Positions 23,852 through 33,605 of a DNA stretch of 53,044 nucleotides are shown here, piece by piece. Source of the DNA: a virus (taxonomy: Duplodnaviria; Caudoviricetes); IMG/VR virus record IMGVR_UViG_3300023109_001242, positions 1 to 53,044 of that record; one strand, 5' to 3'. Position numbers and translations under genes: made by a program. Below the pieces are notes generated by a model. The model searched no databases, was not told the DNA's origin, and saw nothing but the letters and a program-made list of their open reading frames with translations. Each line of letters begins with the position of its first letter. Positions within the stretch are counted from its first letter, which is position 1.

Positions 23852-25718
23852 AATTAGCTGCCGCAACAAAGACACCACCAGACATGCTGCCTTGATTATA
23901 TGAATTCACAAGAGAGCTTACGTTTTGAGCACCACCAATCGAATTTGTTATATAGTTGTTAACAGGAGCTGCGTTACTGATTGTTGTTATTGATGGTAGT
24001 CCACCTAAACCATAATTATTATTCTTAACACTGGCCAATGCCATTTCAGTAAAGTTTTTATATTGCGAAGCTTCAGGATATGCTTTAATAAACGCATTCC
24101 ATTTCGTATCTCGTGCTTCTTTGATTCTTACAGCTTCGTTTTGTCCTCTAATTACCTCACGGTGATCGCGAGTTACTATATTACCTTGATACCTAGTTAC
24201 ACCCATGTCGGCAGCATTCATTTGCATCTGTTCTCTACCATATTTGACAGTAGCATCCATTTGCGATTGATTTAAAGCAATATTTTCATCAAGCTCTTTA
24301 ATTTCGTCGAGATACAGTTGTTCAAGCTCTAAATCCGTCCTTCTTCTAGCTTTGCCTTTGGTCTGCTTCAATTTTAAGAAGTTCGCTTTACCTTCTGGTG
24401 TAAGCAAGTGAGCTTTTGCTGCTTTATCTTCGGTAATTGATTCTTGTTCTTCAGCTAATGATTCTAAGAAAGTTTCTTTAAATCGTTTTCTATCTTCGGC
24501 TATTTTCTTTTTAAGTTTTCTTATTTGTTTATCTATTTCTTGAGTTGGAGCACCTAGTCTAATAGCTTCTTCTTGCATCGTATACAATTCTTCTAATTTT
24601 TTATTTGAATCAATAACGGCTGCAGCTACTTTTTCTATTTTATTTGGAAGCATATCATCGTCTTTAAGATAATCGATAGTCTTTAAAGCTCCACCGATTA
24701 TAAACGCTGCTACTCCACCTGCTGCCATTACAAGTGGGCCACCAGGTATAAACAACGCAGCTATGGTTGCAGCGCCAGCTAAACCACCTATTTGCATACC
24801 AATTGGTATTTCAGTTCTAGCAATATCTTCACTACTCATATCTCTGCCACGAATGAAGTTCATAACAGGATCTATTGCAGAATATAATCCACTAAATACT
24901 AGGCCAGCAATACCACCTCTTACTAATTTTTTAGTAAGACCAGCTTTGGTCATTCCAGCACCAACATCTTCAACGCCAGGAGTAAACATCTTTTTAAGAG
25001 CAGAAAATGTTAACGCTTGAGCAGCAACACTGGCTGCCGCAGAACCAACAGCAGCAGTACCTTTAACTGCAGCGTAACCAAGACCTAACTGAGCGATAGG
25101 TTGAGCTAAGTATTTTATGTTTGTTATAAACCCATCCCAATCCGTCATACTGAGTTTGCCCAATGCTGTACCTGCATTTGCAAACCCTTCAAACAAAGTT
25201 GGCATATTAACGTCTTTTCCGAAAAGCTTAGGTGCTAACGCATCAATAGCACCAGCTAATACCTCATAACCAATGGCTCCAACTATACCAAAGAATAAGG
25301 CTTTCTTTAAAACATTAAACGTACTTTTTAAAGTACTTGCAAATATACCATCTTTGCCGAATATTTTAAAATCTTTCTTATCTCTTTCTTTGGAGGCTTT
25401 TAAGTCTTGAGCTAGTCTTGCAGTGTCAAGCTTCTGTTTATTTTTAGTATTGGCTGCCTCTTGCGCTATGTATTCTTTTTGGTCTTTTTCGTTGAGATCA
25501 TCAAGTTTAAATTGTCTTTCATCTTGCAGTTCTTGAAGTTTTGTTTGGTTCTGAATAGTACCAGTAATACCTTCCATACTACCAGACATAGCTTTAAACG
25601 CGTCGGAGAATTTACCCAACTCAACTTTCACAGACTTAATAGAGTTCGTACCCGAATTTCTAAATAAGAGTCCTTCCGCCTTTAATCGTTCTACTATAGC
25701 TTTAGTGTCTGGTGACAT
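23850..25718 (-). CDS. Probable tape-measure / baseplate hub protein (gp29-like)
   Basis: 622 aa, coiled-coil plus Ala/Gly-rich hydrophobic segments, downstream of gp26-gp51; assignment from position and composition. Confidence 0.55.
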   Translation of the reverse strand: MSPDTKAIVERLKAEGLLFRNSGTNSIKSVKVELGKFSDAFKAMSGSMEGITGTIQNQTKLQELQDERQFKLDDLNEKDQKEYIAQEAANTKNKQKLDTARLAQDLKASKERDKKDFKIFGKDGIFASTLKSTFNVLKKALFFGIVGAIGYEVLAGAIDALAPKLFGKDVNMPTLFEGFANAGTALGKLSMTDWDGFITNIKYLAQPIAQLGLGYAAVKGTAAVGSAAASVAAQALTFSALKKMFTPGVEDVGAGMTKAGLTKKLVRGGIAGLVFSGLYSAIDPVMNFIRGRDMSSEDIARTEIPIGMQIGGLAGAATIAALFIPGGPLVMAAGGVAAFIIGGALKTIDYLKDDDMLPNKIEKVAAAVIDSNKKLEELYTMQEEAIRLGAPTQEIDKQIRKLKKKIAEDRKRFKETFLESLAEEQESITEDKAAKAHLLTPEGKANFLKLKQTKGKARRRTDLELEQLYLDEIKELDENIALNQSQMDATVKYGREQMQMNAADMGVTRYQGNIVTRDHREVIRGQNEAVRIKEARDTKWNAFIKAYPEASQYKNFTEMALASVKNNNYGLGGLPSITTISNAAPVNNYITNSIGGAQNVSSLVNSYNQGSMSGGVFVAAAN

Positions 25719-25722
25719 TTAA

Positions 25723-25905
25723 TTATCCTGTTTGCGCATCTCGCGCTTTATCGTTTTGTTCTTTTATATATTCAACTAACATTTGAAAATATAAATCTCT
25801 TTCATAAGGTAGCATACTCTCAATTTCACTTATACTATATTTATGGTGCTGTGCCATACTAAAAATCATTTCATAATAATTTTGTAGACTGATATGGCTC
25901 AGCAC
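25723..25905 (-). CDS. gp51: Baseplate hub assembly protein
   Basis: L.NYYE.IF.MAQHHKYSISEIESMLPYERDLY..ML..YI signature. Confidence 0.85.
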   Translation of the reverse strand: MLSHISLQNYYEMIFSMAQHHKYSISEIESMLPYERDLYFQMLVEYIKEQNDKARDAQTG

Positions 25906-26606
25906 TAGGAAAAAAAACTTTGCATTCCCTCTACTACAAACGTCTTTTCAGTTCCAGCTGAATTAGTATATTCAACCTCATGTCTTAATTTTGGCATCGT
26001 TTCAAAGAAGCTTGTAATACCTTTAATTGATTTAGCTTCTAATGAATCCATAAATTCGTCAATGTCTTCTCTACTATATTCTTTAAAGTAGTGTACCTCG
26101 TCCTCAGATGCGACGTAGTCAATACAAGACGTTAACATTATATAATCTGTTAATGGATCTTCAGGGTCGAGTGTACTCAACCTAGCAAACTCATCAATGG
26201 TAGGATATCTTAAGAACAATGTGTACTCATCATTTATTGAGATTTCGTTAGTATGTTCTGGATCTCTTACTAACTGTACTTTATCAATGTCAATCTCAAG
26301 ATCATGACGCTCTTCAGTATCCTCGTCTCGTATTGAAAAGTTAATCATATTGTTAACTGATCGAGCTCTGATATAAAGTATTACGTACTCAAGATCAAAC
26401 ATTGCAAGGTCAGCAACGTCAGTATCAATTAAGCAGTTGTTAACGACTTGTTTTGCTGCTAATATCTGTGATGTTGCTTCATCTGATTCTTGAGCTACTA
26501 AAAGAATCTTTTCTTCTTTTACAGTAAATGGTCTGTATTTTAATCTTTCACCGTTTGAAGGTAGTGTTAATTCCATAATTGGAATATCAATTTTTGGCAA
26601 TGCCAT
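25905..26606 (-). CDS. gp26: Baseplate hub subunit
   Basis: MALPKI..P..EL.LPS....KYRPF.VKEEKILL, FDLEY..L.IRARSV, FFETMPKL. Confidence 0.9.
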   Translation of the reverse strand: MALPKIDIPIMELTLPSNGERLKYRPFTVKEEKILLVAQESDEATSQILAAKQVVNNCLIDTDVADLAMFDLEYVILYIRARSVNNMINFSIRDEDTEERHDLEIDIDKVQLVRDPEHTNEISINDEYTLFLRYPTIDEFARLSTLDPEDPLTDYIMLTSCIDYVASEDEVHYFKEYSREDIDEFMDSLEAKSIKGITSFFETMPKLRHEVEYTNSAGTEKTFVVEGMQSFFS

Positions 26607-26630
26607 AATATATCTCCTATAATATAAATT

Positions 26631-27485
26631 CTATGCTGTCGGGCCCAAACCTTTTGGTTCTTTGGGTGGCTTTGATGAAGCCTGACCGGACGAAGCTTTA
26701 TCACCAAAGAAACTATCTAGATTATCGAATGAATTACGAACTCTAGTTAATTTATTAATGGCATCTTGTATGCTTGTCGGTTTACCCGATTTAATTGTTT
26801 GTTTTGTGATGTCAACGAAGCTTGCTAATTCTGAAAGTGACTCTAGTAATCCACCTTTTAATCTACGAGAAGGATTAGCCTCTCTATCGCCAGAGTAATG
26901 TATTTTATCATAAGCAAAGGTAACGTCTACTGTTAAAAATTGATCGTTCGTTGCCCAGTCGAGTGTCATATCTGCTATTTGATAAGGCCAACAATTATCT
27001 AAAACTACTTCGTAAAATCTGTCGTTGTGTCCTATTGTTTCTGTAGAGTAATGTTTAATTGATAATCTACAAGCGTATTCGTCTTTATATCCAAGTTCGT
27101 AAGGTAACATTCCACCCATTCCGTCAGGATCAATAGCACCATAGATTCCATCCTTAGTACTATAATTCATAACTCTTTGAATCCAATTATGAAAGAAAGA
27201 TAACATCTCATGATTGCTGTCAAGCATAAAGGTTAAAGTAATAGGTGTAGATGACATACTTAATGGGAAGACAGTTGGCAGTTGAGCAACGTTTGTCATT
27301 GAAGCGGTTTCAATACCAATACCAGGGAATGATGCTCTACTACAGAAGAATGAAAATTCTGTTGTTGGTTCAATATTAGAGTTAGTCTCTTTGTATTTTC
27401 CAAGAGTTACTTCAAATAAATTAGCTCTGGCAGGACCACCATACTTATCCATTGTCGTCTTAAATTTACTAATACTAAATGTCAT
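26631..27485 (-). CDS. gp54: Baseplate-tail tube initiator (gp54-like)
   Basis: GGPARANLFEV start; tube-fold motifs (F..W, L..CWP..I....L.W, V.VTFAY); synteny. Confidence 0.7.
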   Translation of the reverse strand: MTFSISKFKTTMDKYGGPARANLFEVTLGKYKETNSNIEPTTEFSFFCSRASFPGIGIETASMTNVAQLPTVFPLSMSSTPITLTFMLDSNHEMLSFFHNWIQRVMNYSTKDGIYGAIDPDGMGGMLPYELGYKDEYACRLSIKHYSTETIGHNDRFYEVVLDNCWPYQIADMTLDWATNDQFLTVDVTFAYDKIHYSGDREANPSRRLKGGLLESLSELASFVDITKQTIKSGKPTSIQDAINKLTRVRNSFDNLDSFFGDKASSGQASSKPPKEPKGLGPTA

Positions 27486-27491
27486 TCTGTT

Positions 27492-28181
27492 TTATCCTTG
27501 GATCATTCTTCTTGAGTCAGCATAAACTTTCTGTTTAGTTGCTTTCTCAAATCTGGCCAGCGGTAGGAATAAAGCTATGTCCCATTCCGATGGATTAATA
27601 AACACAAACTGTGATTGCATCTGTTTAGTTAAATACATCTTTAATGCTGGTTGAAAGAAACGAAACTTAGCAGCACCCTGTAATAATTCGTAACTTACTT
27701 TTAATCTTGTTGTCTCATCAAATTTACGGTTTGATGCAACTGTATATAACGCGTCCATTAATTGGCCACGCATTATAGGCGGCAAATAATGGAAGTTAAT
27801 TCCCATAAAGCCACCCTTTACCTTATTTATAGGAAATATCAGTGGAAATCTATCATAATATGGTAATGTGTCTCTGTGCTTAGGATTGTACGCAAATGTG
27901 TACATCGCACCAGGTTCCATATTACTTGTAAGACGACCTCGTTCTTGAGCAGCAGATGAAATCATTGCAGCACCAGATACACCAGATGTACCACTACCAC
28001 TTTTAGTTACTGCCTTTGATTGGTTACGATACCATTCACGTGCTGTCTTTGAACGTGCAGGAACTTGACCTTGTCTAATACCCTTTGTTAATAAATCACC
28101 GAATACTGCAGTACCTTTAGCTTTGCCTTTAGCTATTCGACTAGCTTCTTCGTATAAGTCTTTGTAATCCATCGTTGCCAT
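27492..28181 (-). CDS. gp2: DNA end protector protein
   Basis: MY.F.Y.PKH..TLPYYD.FPL, GINFHYLP, W..A.FLP...F. Confidence 0.9.
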   Translation of the reverse strand: MATMDYKDLYEEASRIAKGKAKGTAVFGDLLTKGIRQGQVPARSKTAREWYRNQSKAVTKSGSGTSGVSGAAMISSAAQERGRLTSNMEPGAMYTFAYNPKHRDTLPYYDRFPLIFPINKVKGGFMGINFHYLPPIMRGQLMDALYTVASNRKFDETTRLKVSYELLQGAAKFRFFQPALKMYLTKQMQSQFVFINPSEWDIALFLPLARFEKATKQKVYADSRRMIQG

Positions 28182-28643
28182 TTATTTACCTGCTATTCCA
28201 TCTCTTTCGGTCATAATAACAAAACTCCACCCCCGATCTGCACAATACGATCGAGCTGCTTTCCATTTTGCACTATTAATACCATAATTCTTAACCTCAT
28301 TTAGATATCTTCTTGATACTCTACCTGTAGGTGTTTTATTCTTATTAGCAACATTTGGAGGTAATGTTTGGCCATAAGGTTTAATCTCTATCATAATGGT
28401 TTGAGTTTTACCCTTACCATCATGTTTATGGACAACTACATCTGGGAAGTATCTATGCATCCTTCCATCTATCGGAGATCTATATGGAACAATAACTTCT
28501 TCTGATTGCCACCATATAACGTCTTTATGTTTGTCAAGCCAAGAAAATACGTTTCTTTCCCACCAAGACCGATAAATAATCCTAGTTGGATCACCTTTAT
28601 ACTTATGTGGGTGTGTTGGCTTAAACTTACCTCTATATGCCAT
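28182..28643 (-). CDS. gp4: Head completion nuclease
   Basis: MAYRGKFKP..P.KYKGDP..I.YRS.WE, HRYFPD, IEIKP, N.AKW.AA; start revised to ATG 28643. Confidence 0.9.
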   Translation of the reverse strand: MAYRGKFKPTHPHKYKGDPTRIIYRSWWERNVFSWLDKHKDVIWWQSEEVIVPYRSPIDGRMHRYFPDVVVHKHDGKGKTQTIMIEIKPYGQTLPPNVANKNKTPTGRVSRRYLNEVKNYGINSAKWKAARSYCADRGWSFVIMTERDGIAGK

Positions 28644-28662
28644 AACTAATTTGTCAATCCTG

Positions 28663-28697
28663 TATAAATAATCTATAATGTCCAATTACTATTTATT
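28663..28697. promoter_or_regulatory. Late promoter pair serving the divergent gp48 and gp4 operons
   Basis: TATAAATA at 28663-28670 (+) and AATAAATA variant at 28690-28697 (-). Confidence 0.6.
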
Positions 28698-28708
28698 ACG
28701 AGATAACT

Positions 28709-29755
28709 ATGTCCAGCACACGACCTGAAATATTAAAGAAGAGGCAAGAAAGCCAAAAGCGACTTTCCTTTCTGTCGTTTCCTTCTAAGCCTATGCCTCA
28801 TAGCATTCTAATGCAATTTAACGATTACAACTATAATACTTACATAGCAAGCATTTCAAAAGGTAAAGACGCAGAGGGCGCTGATACTCTTACATTAAAT
28901 AACAACTTTAACCTCAATAAGCAAGTATCTCTAGCAGAAATCTCGTCAACAACTTCTTTAGAATTACCATTTCCTAGATCATTACAAGATAGCCAAGGTA
29001 TTAGAATACAGAGTTTTGAAAGAGACTTTATTACAGAACGTTTAGCATCTGGTCTTTCAAGCCTAGGCGGTAAAAATAATCAAGATTTTGTAAAAAATCT
29101 ACAGCAAACATCTAAAGATGCATTAGCTGGAATAAGATCACAATCCGGAGCATTCTTTGAAGATCCAGTTGCTGCTGTTACAAATGCGATTAAAGCCGCA
29201 GGTGCGGTGAATACAAATCAAGCAACAGCGATCGGAGCTTATTTAGCAAAGAACGTTATCGGTGGAGATTTAGCAAGAACACTTTCAGTAGTTGGTGAAA
29301 GAACAGTTAACCCACAAGAGACATTATCATTTACTGGTGTTGATTTAAAGAACTATACTTTTAGTTGGGATTTATTTCCATCTAATAAAAAGGACACAGA
29401 ACAAATTCAGAGAATAGTTCAATTCTTAAAGAATAAATCTTTGCCAGAGGCAGAATCTGTTGAAGGTATTAGTTCAACTGCAAGAGCGTTCTTAAAATAT
29501 CCTAGTATTGTTACTCTTAATTTATTGGGTGTACAAGAGTCACACTTCCAACAGTTTAAAAGATGTATGATTAGTAATGTTACAGTTGATTACGGTGGGG
29601 GTGGAGGAATGCCACAGATTGTTAAAGGTGGTGTACCTGCTGCAGTCACATTAAGCATATCATTTAGTGAAGTTCAAATACACGTTGCAGAAGATTATCC
29701 TCTTGGTAATGAAGCTGAAGATCCTGCAGCCACCAATCAAGGAGCTCAAGCATAA
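28709..29755 (+). CDS. gp48: Baseplate tail-tube cap
   Basis: NP.E.L.F.GV.LK.YTFSW.L.P, C.I.NV.VDY, P.AV.L.ISF.E; position divergent from gp4. Confidence 0.8.
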   Translation: MSSTRPEILKKRQESQKRLSFLSFPSKPMPHSILMQFNDYNYNTYIASISKGKDAEGADTLTLNNNFNLNKQVSLAEISSTTSLELPFPRSLQDSQGIRIQSFERDFITERLASGLSSLGGKNNQDFVKNLQQTSKDALAGIRSQSGAFFEDPVAAVTNAIKAAGAVNTNQATAIGAYLAKNVIGGDLARTLSVVGERTVNPQETLSFTGVDLKNYTFSWDLFPSNKKDTEQIQRIVQFLKNKSLPEAESVEGISSTARAFLKYPSIVTLNLLGVQESHFQQFKRCMISNVTVDYGGGGGMPQIVKGGVPAAVTLSISFSEVQIHVAEDYPLGNEAEDPAATNQGAQA

Positions 29756-30129
29756 TGAAGTATTTTGAAAACTTTCCTTTAATAGAATACGAAGGGCGTA
29801 AAGTTAGAGACATATCTCGTAGAGCTTCGTTTATAAAGGCATTGAGTAATAATCCTTATGTTTATTACCCATACACAGTTTCAGAAGGTGAGCGTGCAGA
29901 ATCAGTCGCTCAATTCTATTATGGGTCAGTCGATTATGTCTGGCTTGTTTATATGGCAAATAATATTATTGATCCATACCATGAGTGGCCAATGGATCCC
30001 CAAACGTTCAATGAATTTTTGGTAGAAAAATACACAGAAGAATCTGGTGAGGTCGGCGAAGATGTCATTGATTGGACACGCGATGAAGGGAATGACGACA
30101 ACATTATTTTCTATGTTAAAAAGGTATAA
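29755..30129 (+). CDS. gp53: Baseplate wedge gp53, N-terminal part
   Basis: YFENFP.I.Y, Y.V.EGER.E.VA..YYGS.DY.WLV..ANNIIDPY.EWP. Confidence 0.8.
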   Translation: MKYFENFPLIEYEGRKVRDISRRASFIKALSNNPYVYYPYTVSEGERAESVAQFYYGSVDYVWLVYMANNIIDPYHEWPMDPQTFNEFLVEKYTEESGEVGEDVIDWTRDEGNDDNIIFYVKKV

Positions 30130-30133
30130 GTAA

Positions 30134-30391
30134 ATGGCAGCAGTAGACGAAATTTTATTAGCACCCGAATCGTTTAGAACGATCTATCTTCGTAGAGAAG
30201 ACAGGGTTATTATGCGTACAGAACAAGGGCAAAAGATTATTATTAGAAGAATCATCCCTGAAGAATGGAAGCCGTATCGCATATATGACTATGAACAAAC
30301 TTTAAATGATAACAAAAAAGAAATATACTTATTTGATAAATCGTTTTTACCTCAAATTACATCTGAATTTCAATCGTCTGTTAGTGAATAA
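30134..30391 (+). CDS. Baseplate wedge gp53, C-terminal part encoded as a separate ORF
   Basis: YDYEQTLNDNKKEIYLFDKSFL resembles the gp53 C-terminal YE...N..KR.I.L motif. Confidence 0.6.
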   Translation: MAAVDEILLAPESFRTIYLRREDRVIMRTEQGQKIIIRRIIPEEWKPYRIYDYEQTLNDNKKEIYLFDKSFLPQITSEFQSSVSE

Positions 30392-30396
30392 TACAA

Positions 30397-31794
30397 ATGG
30401 CTAAAGAAGCTTTTAATCCATCACGTTGCGAAATTAAAAAAGCAGAGCTAATACCGCACGTTAAAGAAAACATTAAATCATATGATATCTCATTAATGAT
30501 TGGTGATTTTCATTTAAACCAGAGTATTGATTCTGTTGCTTTAAGTGGCTCTATAGACGTGTTAGACAATATTAATTTATTGCAAGGCATGCCGTTGCGT
30601 GGTGAAGAGCAATTAAGATTAACGATATATTGTTATGATAAACAAACTGAAATCACTTTAAATTGTCAAGTTATTAAAATTAATAGATTAGAGCCAACAC
30701 CTGATACTAAAGGCATGAGCTATACTTTACATTGGATAACAAAGTTAAGTTATGAGTCTGGTAAACGATCAATGATTAGATCATTTATTAATAAGAAGCC
30801 TTCTACAATTGTACATGATATATTTAAAACATATTATGGTAGTAATTTAACTGCGATCACAAAATTGCCTGATGGAAGAAAAATACCAGACAACACAAAA
30901 GTTTATAATATCGAAAAAGACCAAGGTCGTAGATTATACATTGAAGAATCAGATAATAATATAACAGTTACTATACCAGATTATAGTCCAGCAGAAGCAA
31001 TACAATTTATCGTAAAGAGAACATACGGAAGCACAAGATCTAAATCATCTTCTTTTAGATTCTTTGAAAGATTTGATGGTTGGTATTTTGTAAGTGATGA
31101 ATGGTTATTTCAGAATGGAAGAGATAATGGTGCTAAGGTATTAAATTATAATCCCTTTGTTGAACTCGATGGTGCTAATCCACTTGAACAAATTAATGGT
31201 TTAACACAACTCAATTATAATAAAAGAGTTAATACAGCATCTGATATATTGGGTGGTGCTTATAGTAATACTATATTGGAAATTGATATATTAGCAAGAA
31301 CAGCAAAGAAATATAATTACAATTATAAAGATTACTATAAAGAGTATACTGATGTTGGTGGTAAAACAGCTTCATTAGGTACAGATGTTCATAGCGAAAA
31401 GTTTATTAGTGATACTTTTAATAAAGAAAACGCTAAACAATTTATGATCGTTAGAGATTATAGAGCAGATAAGAATGCAGGAACATTTAAACCAGAGAAT
31501 AATATAAGAGAAATAGTAGCTAAAAGAAATATGTTTGAGTACCATTCTCAATCAACTGGAATGACAGCAGTAACTGCAGGTCGTTTAGATATTCAAGCAG
31601 GTCAAATAGTTAAATTAGATATTAAAGAAATGAATGCAGGTAGTCAAGCTGAAAAGAATCAACAACTAAGTGGTAGATACTTAGTAGTTGCTGTTGAGAA
31701 TCATATTAATAATGGAGAATGTACCACTGGTTTAGCTCTCTATAAGTTTGGTTTCAGCGATGCAGCCGGTGATAAGAAAGGAGCAATTATATAA
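30397..31794 (+). CDS. Baseplate hub protein (gp27-like)
   Basis: Between gp53 and gp5; FRFFE..DG..F, G...I.AGQ.V.L, LSGRYLV.AV hub-like motifs. Confidence 0.6.
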   Translation: MAKEAFNPSRCEIKKAELIPHVKENIKSYDISLMIGDFHLNQSIDSVALSGSIDVLDNINLLQGMPLRGEEQLRLTIYCYDKQTEITLNCQVIKINRLEPTPDTKGMSYTLHWITKLSYESGKRSMIRSFINKKPSTIVHDIFKTYYGSNLTAITKLPDGRKIPDNTKVYNIEKDQGRRLYIEESDNNITVTIPDYSPAEAIQFIVKRTYGSTRSKSSSFRFFERFDGWYFVSDEWLFQNGRDNGAKVLNYNPFVELDGANPLEQINGLTQLNYNKRVNTASDILGGAYSNTILEIDILARTAKKYNYNYKDYYKEYTDVGGKTASLGTDVHSEKFISDTFNKENAKQFMIVRDYRADKNAGTFKPENNIREIVAKRNMFEYHSQSTGMTAVTAGRLDIQAGQIVKLDIKEMNAGSQAEKNQQLSGRYLVVAVENHINNGECTTGLALYKFGFSDAAGDKKGAII

Positions 31795-33605
31795 TGAGAA
31801 CAGGAATGGGAATACGCAGCCCAATGTTTTTCGTTGGAGTCGTTGAAAATAACGACGATCCTACAGGTCAAGGCCGCGTACAAGTAAGAGCGTTTGGTGT
31901 ACACGGTGAAAATACTGAAGCAGAAATTTTAACTGGTGCTTTACCATGGGCGCCATGTGTCTCTGGTGAATATAGTAATGATACTCCAGTACCTAAGTTA
32001 AACACATTTGTATTTGGTATGTTTTTAGATGGTGATGAAGCACAACATCCAATGGTACTTGGTTTAATACCTACACAATATATGGCACCACATGACCCAG
32101 AAAAAGATAAATGGGGTGTAGTACCAGGCAAAGATGGTGACTTACTTGGTAAAGGTGCTGCTCCAAATGATATTGGTGAAGCTCCACAAAGTAAATTAGC
32201 ACGTGGTGAAGCTCTTGACTCAACTTATATTACTAGTATGTTTTCAAACGCCATTCAAGGTCAAAAGATTGCAGATTCAGATTCAACATGGAATGAACCG
32301 CCTCCTGCTTATGGTGCAAAATATCCACATAATAGAGTTATAGAAACTGCAAGACATAGTATTGAGATTGATGACACACCTGGTGCAGAACGTATTAATA
32401 TTCACCATTTCTCTGGTTCTTATATTGAAATAGATGCTGTTGGTTCAGTTAAAGAACGTGCTGATGGCGATCGCTACGAAGTTACTATTGGAACTGCACA
32501 CCAATCGGCAGGTCACTCAACAGTTACGATCAACGGTAATTCTCACGTTTATGTTAAGGGAAATAAAACAGAAGAAATAATGGGCGATTATAAACAAATC
32601 GTTCACGGTGAACACGAGTTATCTATCGGTGGTAGTTCATTCTATAATGTTGGTAATCATTTAAATGCACGTGGTGCTAATATTAAACTTGAAGGTAATG
32701 CAGATAGAGTTACAATATTCGGTAAAAACGAAGTACAGTTTGAAGCAGAAAAACAAATTAACTCAGTATCAATGAATATTAAAAGTACTGCTTTAAATAC
32801 AGTTGACATATATTCAAATAAAGCAATTAAATTAACCACTCCAATGGATATTCATTTAACTGGTTCTAATATTATTAATAATGCTGCTGGTTTAATACCA
32901 CCCACACCTTTATCAGGCGGTGTTGGTGTTCCTGGATTTAGTGTTAACGCGTTAGCATGTCAATTTACATCTGCAACCGGTTCATTCAGTGGAATATGGA
33001 ATGCGTCAGTTGGAAACTTTGGAGTAATGACAACTCCTGTTGCTAATATATCAACTGCAAGTATTACAGCAGCAAGTGTTACTGGTTTAAATGCAACTCT
33101 TGGTAGTGTAAGTAAATTAGATGCTGGTACAGTTTCAGCTGGAAAGGTAAGTGGTGGTCGTGGTGACTTTGCTTCATTAGGTGCACCTCTTCCTATAGTT
33201 ACTGGTTCTGCTTCAATATCATTCAGCCCTGGCTTTACTGTTGCTGCTCCAACACCACCAACTGCTTTACCAAATGTTAATGTTGCAATTCCATCTTTAC
33301 CTGCATTAGTTCCTGCTGCAATAAGTACTCCAGTAGCTGCACCATTACCTGGTGTTACTTCGGGTTGGGCTTATCCTACAGGTAACGGACCACTCTTTTT
33401 AGCTTCAATATTAACTTCACCATTTAGTGTGGTAACAGGTATTAATCCACTACCAACTGGAGGATTAGGTATTCCAAGAATTCAAATGCCTGAACCTGCA
33501 AGTTATGGTAAAACAATCTTATCCAAAGGATACTTTGCATTGGGTTACGCTCTTGGATTTGTAGCCCCACTCGATGATTCTGCAGATGGAGACTTCAATG
33601 GCTAG
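31794..33605 (+). CDS. gp5: Baseplate central spike gp5 lacking a lysozyme domain
   Basis: F.GVVE..DDP..GRV.VR.FG.H, LPWA, VFGMFLDG..AQ.P.VLG OB-fold; YPHN.V.ET..H..E.DDTPG.ERI; beta-helix repeats. Confidence 0.85.
   Translation: MRTGMGIRSPMFFVGVVENNDDPTGQGRVQVRAFGVHGENTEAEILTGALPWAPCVSGEYSNDTPVPKLNTFVFGMFLDGDEAQHPMVLGLIPTQYMAPHDPEKDKWGVVPGKDGDLLGKGAAPNDIGEAPQSKLARGEALDSTYITSMFSNAIQGQKIADSDSTWNEPPPAYGAKYPHNRVIETARHSIEIDDTPGAERINIHHFSGSYIEIDAVGSVKERADGDRYEVTIGTAHQSAGHSTVTINGNSHVYVKGNKTEEIMGDYKQIVHGEHELSIGGSSFYNVGNHLNARGANIKLEGNADRVTIFGKNEVQFEAEKQINSVSMNIKSTALNTVDIYSNKAIKLTTPMDIHLTGSNIINNAAGLIPPTPLSGGVGVPGFSVNALACQFTSATGSFSGIWNASVGNFGVMTTPVANISTASITAASVTGLNATLGSVSKLDAGTVSAGKVSGGRGDFASLGAPLPIVTGSASISFSPGFTVAAPTPPTALPNVNVAIPSLPALVPAAISTPVAAPLPGVTSGWAYPTGNGPLFLASILTSPFSVVTGINPLPTGGLGIPRIQMPEPASYGKTILSKGYFALGYALGFVAPLDDSADGDFNG

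Noticed and set aside
26700-26725. LDSFFG in the gp54-like protein, identical to the gp43 tail
   Set aside because: It is internal in a structural tail protein with no reason to bind the clamp; treated as coincidence and as a caution on the clamp-motif finding.
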